From: Mustelus asterias
Taxonomy: Eukaryota
Direction: 5' to 3'
NCBI RefSeq assembly: GCF_964213995.1
Contig: NW_027590117.1
Coordinates: forward strand, 1,240,001-1,304,000
Length of the DNA: 64,000 bases
Under the pieces are notes generated by a model that saw only the letters and a list, made by a program, of their open reading frames with translations, was not told the origin of the DNA and ran no database searches. Below are positions 25,868-40,464 of this stretch, in pieces (the first letter of the stretch is position 1; each line of letters starts with the position of its first letter). The translations under genes were made by a program, and so were the position numbers.

Positions 25868-27619
25868 AATGGATTTTTAACACTACAGTCTGAACCCGCT
25901 CCTTTCCTTCTCCCCTCTACTCTATGAACGGTCTGCTTCGTCCGTTCTACGCAAGAATCAATACCTTTCACTGTATACCAACACATCAAAACAAACTCAG
26001 TGCCATTGATAGGGGGACCCATAAATCCCAGTCCAAATTCTCACCTAATATTGAATCATCACTGTGTCAATTCCACAATAGAGCAGCCACAGCTCCAAAT
26101 TCAATGTCTGATCAAACTGACAAATGGTTTTTCGGTTAAAAGTTACATAATGCACCTTAATAATGTACACTGAGATTCGAGTTAAATACCACCCACATCA
26201 GGGGTTTAAAAGTGGCCCATAGTTTGTATCCTCACAAATACATTCGATACAAAGCCTCATCTCAAATACATTCTCAGATTGAGATATTCTGAGAGCTCGT
26301 ATAACCTGAGATACAAATTCAGATTCCAGTTGAAAACTCACCCAGATTATGAAACTTAAAGTTACAATATCAATTTGCTTACTTTGAATTGAACTATAGC
26401 TTATTAACTAATCCTAACTCCCCACTCACACTGAGCCAGATGGACAATACTATACAAATTCCAGACTGAGTTTCCTTTTACATTCATGTCAAAATTCTTA
26501 CTCAGAATCAGACTGAGTGTCACAGATCAAATCAATGTGAACAACCTGAGTGAAGCTTGCATAGCAATCCAGTATCAGATTGAAGGATACATTATCTTTC
26601 ACAATTGTGTTCAGAGTGACACAGATTTAATGTTGGGCCGAAATTCACACACATTGTTTGCTTCAAACCTACCACATCAGTGGCCTGTTGCTTTGCTGGA
26701 AATTTATATGGAATGAATCCAAACTTATAAATAGATTGAAGATTACATGATGAATCCCATGCTCACATTGAGTCATAGACTCTGACATACACACGATAAT
26801 TCTCAAACATGTGCTCAGTGTTAGATGAATGAATCTCATGCTGCACATGCAGCACCAGAGACTGAAAGTTACATCTGATTATCACACTTACATTGCAGTA
26901 TCCCAGACACTTGAGTACCAGTGACAGATTCAGAATGATCCCACACTCACACACATTATGACAGTCTGACCAATACACATGATTTGCACCCTTTAGAAAC
27001 AGCAGCAGATATACTCAGATGCTGAATGAACCCCACTGTATGGTACCAGAAACAGAAACATAAATCCTACCCTAATATTCCATCTTTGTGACAGATCAGA
27101 ATGTCTGCCAAACTCATACAATTTCAGAAAATACTGAATACTGCACTCGTGCAGCACCAGAAAGATTCCTATTCAGAATTGTGTTTAAATTCATATACAA
27201 TAGCGCTGACTGATAGTCACACACACAAACACATGCACACTAACTGAAATGGAGTCTTTTAGCCAAAGGTAGATAGATTGTTGATAAACAAAGACTAAAA
27301 GGTATTAAGTTTAGACAGGAGTGTGGAGTCGATGTTCAAATCAGATCAGCCATGATGTAATAGAATGGAGGAGCAGACTTAAGTGTTCTATTCCTGCTCA
27401 GAATTTGAATGTTCACGCATGCTATTCTTAAGAGATTCAGAATGAGTCCCAAATTCACGTGCAATATCAGAAAGTAACTGATAGACAAAACCCCTTGCTC
27501 AACTACTGTTCCAACCACAGGCTCAAACAATGATGCAACATACATCCTGCAGCAGAAAATGCAAGATACATATGACATATGGTACAGATATATTGCACCA
27601 GAGAATGAGAGATACAGAA

Positions 27620-28560
27620 TGAATCCAGCCACAATGAAGGAACAGCGATATATTTCCAAGTGAGAATGGTAAGTGACTTGGAGGGTAAGGTCCATTTAAT
27701 GGTGTTTCCATGAGTCAACTGTTCTTGTCCTTCTCTCGACGGTAGTGCTCTTTGGTTTGAAAGATGCTACTGAAGGAACCTTTGTGAGTTCCAGTAGCTC
27801 ATCTTGGAGGTAGTAAGTACTGCTGCCACTGTATGTCACTGGTCAAGGGCATGTGTGTTTACAGATGGGATGTCAATCATGAGGGATGCTTTGTCCGGGA
27901 TGGTGTCAAACCTCTTGAGTGTTGCTGGTGCTGCATTAACCCAGGCAAGTGGAGATTAATCCATCATACTCCTGATTTGTGCCTGGTAGATGGTGAACAG
28001 TGTTTGGCAGTTAGGATCTTTGTTACTCACCATGGGATTTTGTGTCTCTGACCTGCCTTGTAGCCCTTGTATTACATGGCTAGTCCAATTGAAGGTAATC
28101 ACAAACATATTGATATGATTTCATTTAATGTCAAGGGACAATGGTTAGATTCTTTCTTGTTGGAAATGGTCTTTGTCTGGTACATGTGTGGTGTGATTGT
28201 TATTTGCCACTTCTCAGCCCAAGCTTGGATACTGTCCAGTTCTTGCTGCATTTGCGAGTGGGCTGCTTCGGTAACTGAAGAGTCCTGAATGGTGCTAAAA
28301 ATTGCACAGTCATCAGCGAGCATCTCCAGTTCTGACCTTATGGTGGAAGGGTCTGGGACAGTAACTTGACAAACTCGGGAAATGATCTCCTGAGGATGAA
28401 ATGACTGACCACCACAACCATCTTACTTTATGCTGGATAAAGTTCCAACCAGTGGAGAGGTTTCCATGATTCCCATCGACTTTGCTTTTGCTGAGGATCC
28501 TTGATGCTGAACTCGGTCAAATCCTGTTTTGATGTCGAGGGCAGTCACTCTCATCTCATC
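27620..28560 (-). mobile_element. Old CR1/L2-group LINE fragment
   Basis: LADDCAIFSTI...LDSIQAWAEKWQI RT-like peptide; heavily decayed. Confidence 0.65.
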
Positions 28561-28719
28561 TCAGAGGATCGTTAGTCAGTGGAATTCCCTTCCCCAGACA
28601 ACAGTTGAGGCTGGATCATTGAATATGTTCCAGGCTGAATTAGACAGATTATACAAGGGAGTGAATGGTTGCTGCAAAAGTTTGAAAAGTCGATTTGCAG
28701 CCACAATTATTTCCTTGGT

Positions 28720-29045
28720 CCATTCATAGGATGTGCGCATCACTGGCCAGCATTTATTACCCATCCACGGATCGAGTCAACCACATTGCTGTCGCTCTGA
28801 AGTCACATGTAGGCCACACAAGGTAATTTCATCAGATTTCCTGCCCTAAAGCACATTAGTGAACCAGATGGATTTTTCCAACAATGGTTCCATCGCCATC
28901 ACTAGATTCTTATTTTCAAATTACTTTTGATTGAAATCAAATTCTACCATCTGCTGTGGAGGGTTTCGAACCTGGGTCCCCAGAACATTAGCTGAGTTTC
29001 CAGATTAATAGTCTAGCGATGATACCACGAGACCATCGCCTCCCC
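28720..29045 (-). mobile_element. SacSINE1/Deu-SINE-like element
   Basis: Reverse complement begins GGGGAGGCGATGGTCTCGTGGTATCATCGCTAGACT...GGTTCGAAACCC; same family as 5404-5710. Confidence 0.65.
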
Positions 29046-30230
29046 TTCTTGAATGATGGTGCAGGACTGAGGGGCTGAATGGCCTGACTCCTGCCCGTAT
29101 TTCTAATATGATAGTAACCGTCATAATTGATTCCATTTTATTTTGATTTTTGGTTTTCATCTATATTTTCTCTTGATTTTGCTTTCAGCTGGCAGTTGTT
29201 CATCATTCTTCAATTCACACCTCCTTCAGACACATCTCTGTTTGCTGTTACTTGTTCCTTTCCCACTCCCTTTAGCCTTGCAGCACCAATTATTTTATTA
29301 CTTAATCGCTCCTGCCCTCCACCTTGCTTTGGAAAGCACAAGACAAAAGGTTCCACTAATATTAGTAATGAGGCAGGAGCAGGATTAATTAATAATCTGA
29401 CAGTAAATAAACATCAAACACTGAGTGACCACAATATGTTAGAGGCAGACATTCAGTGCGAGGAGAAAGGACACACGCAGGTCACAGTTTTGACCTTAAG
29501 TAAGGCCGAGAAGGGTGAAATGTGTTGTAAACTGAACACGTTAAAATCCGTCCAGCTATGAAGAGGCCAATCAAGGGAACAATCAGAGAGACTGAAAAAA
29601 GTATTTCATACAATGTGTATCTAATGCAAGCCTGAAGAAATGAAACTTCACTTTCTCAGTTTATGGTGATTTTGGGAACTGAATTTCATGTTTTAAACCA
29701 GTAATTAAGAAAAAAATAGTGATTTCTGTAAATAAGGATTAACTCTGTCTTTAACGTGATGCTGTGTCCACTGTGCTGATATTCTTGTCCTTCTGAATAG
29801 TACATGTCACAGGGAGCACGCTGCTGCCCATATAAGCATGGTGGCTTACTGCAGAGTGCCCCGGAGATCAGAAATAGTGCAGTTAATATGTCTAAACTTC
29901 ACTAGATTGTTTTCATTGAAGAAAATAGCTTTTTTTCTATTCGGACAATCATAGAGTGATGGTGAATAATTCAAGATCATTCGGATCATCACGCCTGTGT
30001 CAGCTGTTTGGGAGAAACGGGCTGAAAGGGAAAAACCGTGGCTTGTGTATCTTTGCAACATTTACAGCTTGTGTCCGTGTGTGAGTAAATGGCATTTTAG
30101 CGATCTGTTGTTCATTCAAATGTTAACTAGTAGCGAGAAGCGGAAGAAAATTACAGCATCCTGGGCGGAAATGTCAAATCATTTTGAAGGAGCCGCTGAG
30201 GAATTATTTTTGCTGTTGCTCAAAACATAA

Positions 30231-30302
30231 TAGCAGAGAATGGTTTCGATCCATCGACCTCTGGGTTATGGGCCCAGCACGCTTCCGCTGCGCCACTCTC
30301 CT
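30231..30302 (-). tRNA. Initiator tRNA-Met(CAT), variant with C3G
   Basis: AGGAGAGTGGCGCAGCGGAAGCGTGCTGGGCCCATAACCCAGAGGTCGATGGATCGAAACCATTCTCTGCTA; A1:U72, GATCGAAAC T-loop of tRNAi; T4 downstream. Confidence 0.9.
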
Positions 30303-30596
30303 ACACAACTAAGATTGCCTGCGAGCTATTGTGAATGTGTCACAGGTATTCACTTCCGTGTTCATCATTGGAGTGCATGCGCTCGGCTGCTCCCCCTGGC
30401 GCCAGAATTCCACTGTCACCAAGAATGGAAAACACAGAAAGACACACAGACGAAGCGACAGATAGTCAGGATACACAAGATCACACACAGGCAAAGGAGA
30501 ATGGACTGAGTGGTCATTAATGTAAATCCCAAGATGTCTCCTGTTTCTAACCACCTTCTTCTTGTTTAATTCTGCTTCCTTGTTTCTAAATAGATC

Positions 30597-30656
30597 CTCT
30601 GCTGTGGAACTGCGATCTCTGCTGTGGAACTGTGATCTCTGCTGCGGACCTGTGAT
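30597..30656 (+). repeat. 3 x 20-bp tandem repeat CTCTGCTGTGGAACTGTGAT
   Basis: Directly visible. Confidence 0.85.
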
Positions 30657-30659
30657 AGG

Positions 30660-33188
30660 AATAGATTGTGAGCAACTTAATTCCACACTCTCACACAGTC
30701 ATAGATTGAGAGGGAGTTTATTCCACACTGACATACAGTAATAGAGAGAGAGAGATAAACTCTCACACAAGAAAAGATTGAGAGAGATTGAATCCACACA
30801 GACACACAGTAATAGATTGAGAGAGAGTTAATTCCAAACTGACACAGTAATAGATTGAGAGCCGAGTTAATTCCACACTCACATACTGTAATAGATTGAG
30901 AGAGAGATAATTCCACACTGACACAGTAATAGACTGAGAGAGAGATAATTCCGTACTCTCACACAGTAATAGATTGAGAGAGAATTCCACATTCACACTA
31001 ATAGATTGCGTGAGAGTTAATTCCACACTGACAAACAGTAATAGATTGAGAGAGAGTTAATTCCACATTCACATACAGTAATAGATTGGGAGAGAGATAA
31101 TTCCACACTGACACAGTAATAGATTGAGAGAGAGATAATTCCACACTTACACACAGTAATAGATTGGGAGAGAGATAATTCCACACATACACAGTAATAG
31201 ATTGAGAGTTAATTCCACATTGACATACAGTAATATGTTGAGACAGAGAGGTAAATCCACATTGACACACAGTAATAGATTGAGAGAGAGATAATTCCGT
31301 ACTCTCACACAGTAATAGATTGAGAGAGCGATAATTCTGTACTCTCACACAGTAATAGATTGAGAGAGAATTCCACATTCACACTAATAGATTGCGTGAG
31401 AGTTAATTCCACACTGACAAACAGTAATAGATTGAGAGAGAGTTAATTCCACACTGACAAACAGTAATAGATTGAGAGAGAGTTAATTCCACACTCATAC
31501 AGGTAATAGATTGAGGGACCGTTAATCCCACAGTCACACACATAAATAGTTGAGAGGGAGTGAATTCCACTCCGATACATAGTAATAGATTGAGAGAGAG
31601 TTAATTCCAGACTGACACAGTAATAAATTGAGAGAGTTATTTCCACTCTCTCACACAGTAATAGATTGAGAGAGAGTTAATTCCACACACTCTCACTGTA
31701 ATAGATTGAGAGAGAGCTAATTCCACACTCTCTCACTGTAATATATTGAGAGAGAGTCAATTCCACATTCACACACAGGAATAGATTGAGAGTTAATTCC
31801 ATGCTCTCACACAGCAACAGATTGAGAGAGAGTTAATTCCACACGTACACACAGTAATAGATTGTGAGAGAGTGAATTCCACACTGACACAGGAATAGAT
31901 TAAGAGAGAGATAATTCCACACTCTCTCACTGAAATAGATTGAGAGAGAGATAATTCCACACTCTCTCACTGTAATAGATTGAGAGAGAGATAATTCCAC
32001 ACTCTCTCACTGTAATAGATTGAGAGAGAGATAATTCCACATTCACACACACTAATAAATTGAGAGTTAATTCCATGCTCTCTCGCAGCAACAGATTGAG
32101 AGGGAGTTAATTCCACACGTACACACAGTAATAGATTGTGAGAGAGTTAATTCCACACTGACTCAGGAATAGATTGAGAGAGAGTTAATTCAACACACTT
32201 TCACAGTAATAGATTGAAGGTTAATTCCACACTAACACGCAGTAAGAGATTGAGACAGAATTAATTCCACAGGAACATACAGTAATAGATTGAGAGAGAG
32301 TGAATTCCACACTCTCTCACACTAATAGATTGAGAGAGAGTTAATTTCACTTTCATACAAATAATAGATTGAGAGAACGTTAATTCCACACTCTCACACA
32401 ATAAAAGATTGAGAGAGTGAATCCACACAGATTCACAGTAATAGATTGAGAGAGCGTTTATTCCAGCCTGACACACAGTAATACATTGAGAGAGTTATTT
32501 CCACACTGACACTGTAATAGATAGAGAGTTAATTCCACACTCTCACATACAGTAATAGATTAGAGAGTTAGTTGCACTCTGACACAGTAATAGATTTAGG
32601 GAGTTAATTCCACACTGACACACAGTAGTAGTTTGAGAGAAAGTTAATTCCACACCCTCACGCAGTAATAGATTGGCAGTAAATTGCACACGCACACATG
32701 GTAATAGATTGAGAGGGAGATCATTTGACACTGACACGCAGTAATAGATTGAGAGAGAGTTAATTGCGCGCACACACACAACACACACACAACACACGGT
32801 AATAGATGAAAGAGAGAGTTAATTCCACACTGACACAGTAATAGATTGAGACAGAGAGTTAATTCCAAAATTTCACAGAGTAATAGATTGAGAGAGAGTC
32901 AATTCCACATTCACACACAGTAACAGACTGAGAGAGAGTTAATTCAACACTGACACACAATCGTAGATTGAGAGAGAGTTAGTTCCACTCTCACACAATA
33001 ATAGATTGACAGACAGATGATTCCACACACACACAGTAATAGATTGGAAGGGAGTTAATTCCACACTGACACACAGTAATAGATTGAGAGAGAGTTAATT
33101 CAACACTGACGGACAGTAATAGATTGAGAGAGTTAATTCCACACTGACATGCAGGAATAGATTGAGAGAGCGCTAATTCCACACATAG

Positions 33189-33227
<39 letters not shown>

Positions 33228-34105
33228 CAGAGATTGAGGGAGTTAATTCCACACTCTCACACAATAATGGATTGAGAGAGTTAATTCCACACTCACACAC
33301 AGTAATAGATTGAGAGAGAGAGTTTGTTCCACTGTCACACAGTAATATATTGAGACAGTTAATTCCAGACTGACACACAGAAACAGATTGAGAGAGAGTT
33401 ATTTCCGCACTCTCACACGGTAATAGATTGAGTGAGAGTTAATTCCACAGTCAGACAGTAATAGATTGAGTTAATTCCACACACACACAGTAATTGATTG
33501 AAAGAGAGATAATTCCACACTCACGCACAGTAATTGAGAGAAGGTTAATTCTACACTCACACGCAATGATAGATTGAGAGGGAGTTAATTCCACATTCAA
33601 ACACAGTAATAGATTCAGAGAGAGTTAATTCAATACTGGCACACAGTAAAAGATTGAGGGAGAGTTAATTCCCTGCTCGGACACAGTAATAGATTGAGAT
33701 ATAATTCCACACTGACACACGGTAATTGATTGAGAGAGTCAATTCCACACTCTCACAATGTAACAGATTGAGAGTTAATTCCATAGTGACATTGAGTAAT
33801 AGACTGAGAGACAGTTAATTCCACATTCATACAAGTAATAAATTGAGGGACCGTTAATTCCACACTCTCACACAATAAAAGATTGAGAGTTACTTCCACA
33901 CTCTCACACAATGATCGATTGAGAATTAATTCCACACTCTCTCACAGTAATAGATTGAGAGAGTTACTTCCACACTCTCTCACAATAATAGATTGAGAGA
34001 GAGTTAATTCAACACTGACACACATGAATAGATTGAGACAGGGTTAATTCCGCACCCCCACACAATGATCGATTGAGAGAGAGTTAATTCCCCACACTCA
34101 CTATG
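30660..34105 (-). repeat. Satellite array, same family as 1650-3915, opposite orientation
   Basis: Units CACACAGTAATAGATTGAGAGAGAGTTAATTCCA are the reverse complement of the first array. Confidence 0.95.
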
Positions 34106-34109
34106 AAGC

Positions 34110-36050
34110 TCAGTTAATCAACACATACATTTTCAACTGGGCCATTGTCACATTGTCTAATTTGGTAAAGCCAGAGGTACAGTAATTATTTACTATCTCT
34201 GCCATACCCTCTGCTGCAGTGAGCAGTTTACCCTGCTTGGCCCTTATGAACCCCACTTTATCCTTCACTAATCCTTTACAATTAATATGTTTGAAGAAGA
34301 TGTTATGATTTGTATTAGCGCAGCCTGCTAACATTTCCTCATGCTTCCTCTTCATTATTCCAGATTTAGCCTCTCTCCTGCATTTTGAGCTGTTTTTCCT
34401 GATTTCTATTGCTATTATTATTCCAGCATAATCATATGCCTCTTTTTTCTTCCTTATTTTCTTGTCAATAACCTTAGACATCCAGGATACCCTAGCTTTG
34501 GACACCACATATTTGTGTCTGGTGGCTATGTACCTGGCTGGCATCCCATTCAACTCAACTTTGAAAGTCTCCCATTTGTCAACCACTGTTTTATCCTCGC
34601 AATTTGCCACATTTTGCCCTCACTTAATCTATCTGTTTCCTTTTGAAGCCTCCTTACGTATACTTCACAATTAATTTCTTATCTATCTTTATGCTGTCAG
34701 CAAATTTAGCAATGGTACCTTCAGTCCCTTCACCTAAGCAATTTTTATAAATTGTAACAATTTGTAGCCCCAGCATGAATACACCACTCATCAGATCCTG
34801 CCACCCAGAGAAAGAACCATTTGTGCGAATTCTTTTTGACCTGTTAGCTAGCCAACCATCAATCCATGCCAAAATGATACGCCCAAAACCATGAATGTTT
34901 ATTTTACACAATAACCTTTAATTTGGCACTTTGGCAAATGTCTTCTGGAAATGTAAGAACAGGACATCCACCGGTTCCCCATTCACAGCACATGGGCCTC
35001 TTTCAAAAAACTCCAATAATTTAGTTAAACATGATTTCCCTTTCAGAAAACCATATTGACTCTGCCTGATTGCCTTGTATTTTTTCCAAGTTGTAATATC
35101 TGTAATATCTTTCAGAATGGCTTCTAACATTTTCCCGATGACAGCTGTTAGGCCAACAGCCTGTAGTTTCCTGCTTTCTGTCTCCATCCCTTTTTGAATC
35201 AAGGGATTACATTTGTCATATTTCAACCTAATGGAACATTCTCCAAAGCCAGGGAATTTTGCAAAATTAAAACAAATGCATCAACTATCTCATTCGCCAC
35301 TACTTTCATGTCCTTCACGAGAAGTCCATCTGGACCCAGGAATTTGTCAGCCTGTCGACCCGACAATTTGCTCAATACCACTTTCCCTGTTGATTGGAAT
35401 TTTCCTGTGTTCCTCCCTCCCTTCCATTTGCTGGTTTACAGCTATTTCTGGGATGTTACTTGTATCCTCTATAGTGAACACCAATGAAAAATACATTTGC
35501 CAATACCCTGTTTTCCATTATCAATCCCCCAGTTGCACTTTCTATAGAACCAATGCTCACTCTGCTAACTCTTTTCTTGTTCAACTATCTGCAGAATCTC
35601 TGACTATCCACCTTCATATCACTGGCTACTTGTCAGCTTCAACTTGGAAATTTCCTGATAAATGCAGCTTTATCAATTGTTTGTGGACAATTCAACATTT
35701 CCACCATCCTCTGTAAAGAAGCTTTTTCTGAAATTACTCCTGAAATGCGCCTCTGTCATTTTACAGTGAGGTTCCCCATTCAGAGCCAATAGTTTATCTC
35801 TGTGTACCCTGTCAAATCATTCATTGTAAACATCTCACTTACATCATCCCTTAATCTTCCATATTCAGGTAATGACAGGGCTTGTCTTTGCAATCTGTCC
35901 TCATCATTTGAGTCTGGTCTCACTGGTGAAATTCTGTTGCTCCCACTCCAAGGCCAATCTAACCTTCTTGAGGTGTGTTGTCCAGACTGAACGCAGTGAT
36001 CTAAATGGGCTCTAAACAAGAGTTTTATATAACTGTAGCACGAGTTCCAA
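34110..36050 (-). mobile_element. Mosaic of decayed CR1 LINE fragments
   Basis: QYGFLKGKSCLTKLLEFFE, AKFADS and RAHLDHC motifs in broken frames. Confidence 0.75.
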
Positions 36051-36399
36051 TTCTTCGTATTCTGTTCACTTTGTTACATTATTTTTTACCTTCCTGTCCA
36101 CTAGCTGATAATGATGTCTGTACACGGCTCTCTGTTCCTCCACAGTTTCGTGCATCCCGCCACAAACATAACCACCCTGCTCTATTACATAACAAGGAAA
36201 TTTCAAACTTAATGTGTTTCCCAAAGATAATCTGTTACTGCTCCATCACTAATAACGTTCTCCGTTGTTCTTTCAGCCGGTGTAAATCCAGAGAATGGAA
36301 GGGAGGAAGGAAAAATCTTGCTGCCTTTTTCCCGAATCCTATTTGATCATCGTTCCAACAACAATTGGGTCAGGAAATCTAATTGGTTTTCCTCTGGGT

Positions 36400-37005
36400 G
36401 AATCATAGAATCCCAACAGTGCAGAAGGAGGCCATTCAGCCCATCAAGTCTGCACCAACAACAATCCCACCCAGGTCTGATCCCCGTAAACCCACATAGT
36501 TATCCCGCAAATCCCTCTAAACTATGCATCCCGGGACACTGAGGGGCAATTTAGCATGGCCAATCCACCTAACCCGCACATCTTTGGACTGTGGGAGGAA
36601 ACCAGAGCACCTGGAGGAAACCAAGCAAACACGGGGAGAGCGTGCAGACTCCACACAGACAATGACCGAAGCCAGCAATCAAACCCAGGTTCCTGGCGCT
36701 GTGAGGCAGCAGTGCCACCCCATAAACTTCTAATTTGCCCCATTAGGAATCCACCACATTGGGATTTGAACCCAGGACTCTGGGTTTCCAGACCAGTACA
36801 TCCATCCTCTGCCTCTTTCCTCTTCTGAAAGAGGAAAGTGCTCCTGTTTCCTCGCACAGTCCAAAGATGTGCAAGTTGGGTGAATCGGCCATGCTAAATT
36901 CTCCCTCAGTGTACCCGAACAGGCGTCGGAGTGTGGCGACTAAGGGATTTTCACAGTAATTTAATTGCAGTGTTAAATATAAGCCTACTTGTGACTAATA
37001 AATTA
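36400..37005. mobile_element. HE1-type SINE (minus, ~36400-36720) plus V-SINE fragment with alternative tail (plus, ~36835-37005)
   Basis: V-domain motifs in both orientations. Confidence 0.75.
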
Positions 37006-37429
37006 TCTTTTATACTTTCGTTTGTGTCTCCTGTCCTGTAATCCAAACACTGACCCAGAATTCACTCAGCTGCCTTCGCTTTGTGCTGAAAACTTATTAT
37101 TCTGTTATTTTCACAGCTCCTAAATGACCCCATTCGCGGCTGTTTTTCGCGGTAACGGTCCCTTCTCTCAATTCCTGAAATGTTCATTGATTCATCATTT
37201 TATTCACAGTTTTTCTCCGCAGGGTAACATTCCGGAGTGGGATTATTAGAGAGCGGAATAAGGACAGTGTGAGGACTCGATCCGGCTCCCTGTTTTCAGT
37301 GAAGGACACTGGGTTCTGATTGAAGACTAAACGGAGTGTTTTCCTTCTGGGAATGCTGTGAACAGGGATTGATTCCCGCCCGGGACAGTTAGAAAGCGAT
37401 AGGAGAATGTAGCACATTGAAAGAAAATG

Positions 37430-38401
37430 TTAAAGTCGCGCCTGCGACGGGACTGGGAGCATTCTGGCCAAGTTTGCCGATGATACAAAGATAGGTGGAG
37501 GGGCAGGTAGTATTGAGGAGGTGGGGAGGCTGCAGAAAGATTTAGACAGTTTAGGAGAGTGGTCCAAGAAGTGGCTGATGAAATTCAACGTGGGCAAGTG
37601 CGAGGTTGTACACTTTGGAAAAAAGAATAGAGGCATGGACTATTTTCTAAACGGTGACAAAATTCATAATGCTAAAGTGCAAAGGGACTTGGGAGCCCTA
37701 GTCCAGGATTCTCTAAAGGTAAACTTGCAGGTTGAGTCCGTAATTAAGAAAGCAAATGTAATGTTGTCATTTATCTCAAGAGGCTTGGAATACAAAAGCA
37801 GGGATGTACTTCTGAGGCTTTATAAAGCACTGGTTAGGCCCCATTTGGAGTACTGTGAGCAATTTTGGGCCCCACACCTCAGGAAGGACATACTGGCACT
37901 GGAGCGGGTCCAGCGGAGATTCACACGGATGATCCCAGGAATGGTAGGCCTGACATACGATGAACGTCTGAGGATCGTGGGATTATATTCATTGGAGTTT
38001 AGGAGGTTGAGGGGAGATCTGATAGAAACTTACAAGATAATGAACGGCTTAGATAGGATGGACGTAGGGAAGTTGTTTCCATTAACAGGGGAGACTAGGA
38101 CGCGGGGGCACAGCCTTAGAATAAAAGGGAGTCACTTTAGAACAGAGATGAGGAGAAATTTCTTCAGCCAGAGAGTGGTGGGTCTGTGGAATTCATTGCC
38201 ACAGAGGGCTGTGGAGGCCGAGACGTTGAGCGTCTTCAAGACAGAAATTGATAAATTCTTGATTTCTCGAGGAATTAAGGGCTATGGGGAGAGAGCGGGT
38301 AAATGGAGTTGAAATCAACCATGATTGAATGGTGGAGTGGACTCGATGGGCCGAATGGCCTTACTTCCGCTCCTATGTCTTATGGTCTTATGGTCTTATG
38401 G
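37430..38401 (+). mobile_element. Young 5'-truncated CR1 LINE directly upstream of H2A
   Basis: Uninterrupted RT C-terminal frame (ORF 37521-38312, preceded by FADDTK) and perfect (CTTATGGT)n tail. Confidence 0.93.
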
Positions 38402-38655
38402 TGACGGGAAGAGCTGAATAAAAGCAAATCGATAGAAGGGATTTGAAATCTCTGACTGATGACGACATTGATTTGAATTCGCTCCTTTCCCACAATGAAA
38501 TTGGCGGGCTTTTGGAAATGGACAAATTCTCTGCTTCTGCCGGTTGTTGTGGGGAAATCCCGCCCTCTTCTGTTTCCAGTGAGCTGATTGGTGAAGAACA
38601 TAGGCAAATGAGGTGAATAGAGCAGCGGCCAATCAGAGGAGCTGTCAGTTTATAA

Positions 38656-39105
<450 letters not shown>

Positions 39106-39135
39106 AGCGACCATTCTTTAATCTAATAACCCAAA

Positions 39136-39151
39136 GGCTCTTTTCAGAGCC
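39136..39151 (+). terminator. Histone 3' stem-loop (H2A)
   Basis: GGCTCTTTTCAGAGCC. Confidence 0.95.
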
Positions 39152-39369
39152 ACTCACTTTATCTGAAAAAGGGCGACCTGGTGTCTATCGGTCAGTTTCT
39201 GCACTGCTATTCACAGCACAGCTGTTTCCCGCTTTGTTCTATCAATCCGTACTATTGACGCATACTGTATTTTAATACAAGTTGCTGTTGTTGATCGGGG
39301 AAACCATCCCAGTGAACTGAAATGATCCTATTTCCAATATAATTGCTTTAAAATGTGATAGTCGCATAG

Positions 39370-39493
39370 ACATTCACAGAGACAATAATTAACACTTTTC
39401 CAGATCCAGTGACTCACTTTGAAAACCGATGAATGTCCTCACAAAGTCAGTCACTGGATCTGGAAAAGTGTTAATTATTGTCTATGCGAATGT
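39370..39493. repeat. Inverted repeat with 35-bp perfect core arms
   Basis: AGACAATAATTAACACTTTTCCAGATCCAGTGACT (39380-39414) and its exact reverse complement (39449-39483). Confidence 0.92.
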
Positions 39494-39885
39494 GCAAGCG
39501 TTCCTGCAATGGCTATATCGGTGTGAGTGGGTTACTGTTTGAGACATGCTTCATATTCTGAACTTAATTGACACAATTTTCAACACTCTCGCTGCGACTC
39601 GAAACACGTGCGGAGAAAGTGGATTTGCGGAAGTATTGCTCGGAAACTGAAATGATCGCAGGTTTAATAAACTACTTTAAAATTAAATTGTGGTAAAATT
39701 GTTAACGGCATCGCTTTTACTCCAACCATCAAAGGATTGGAGATATGAATGACCTCAATGCAACGGAGGGTTAATTGTAACATTGAGAGGTTTCAGTACT
39801 GGAGTCCTGGGAATATTCTGTCCTGGGAATTGAAACACTAGAATCGTTAACAGGAGATCGCAGCTCTTTCATTTGTCGAGTTGGT

Positions 39886-39901
39886 GGCTCTTAAAAGAGC
39901 C
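39886..39901 (-). terminator. Histone 3' stem-loop (H3)
   Basis: GGCTCTTTTAAGAGCC plus HDE GAAAGAGCTG. Confidence 0.95.
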
Positions 39902-39930
39902 GTTGTTGTACTTGGTGCTGAAGCCGGGTT

Positions 39931-40464
<534 letters not shown>

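Noticed and set aside
30677-33935. Cys/Leu/Ser-rich ORFs (MELTLSQSITVC...)
   Set aside because: Translations of satellite DNA
36758-36805. tRNA-like B-box fragment (GGTTCAAATCCCA on the minus strand)
   Set aside because: No cloverleaf; more likely a SINE head remnant
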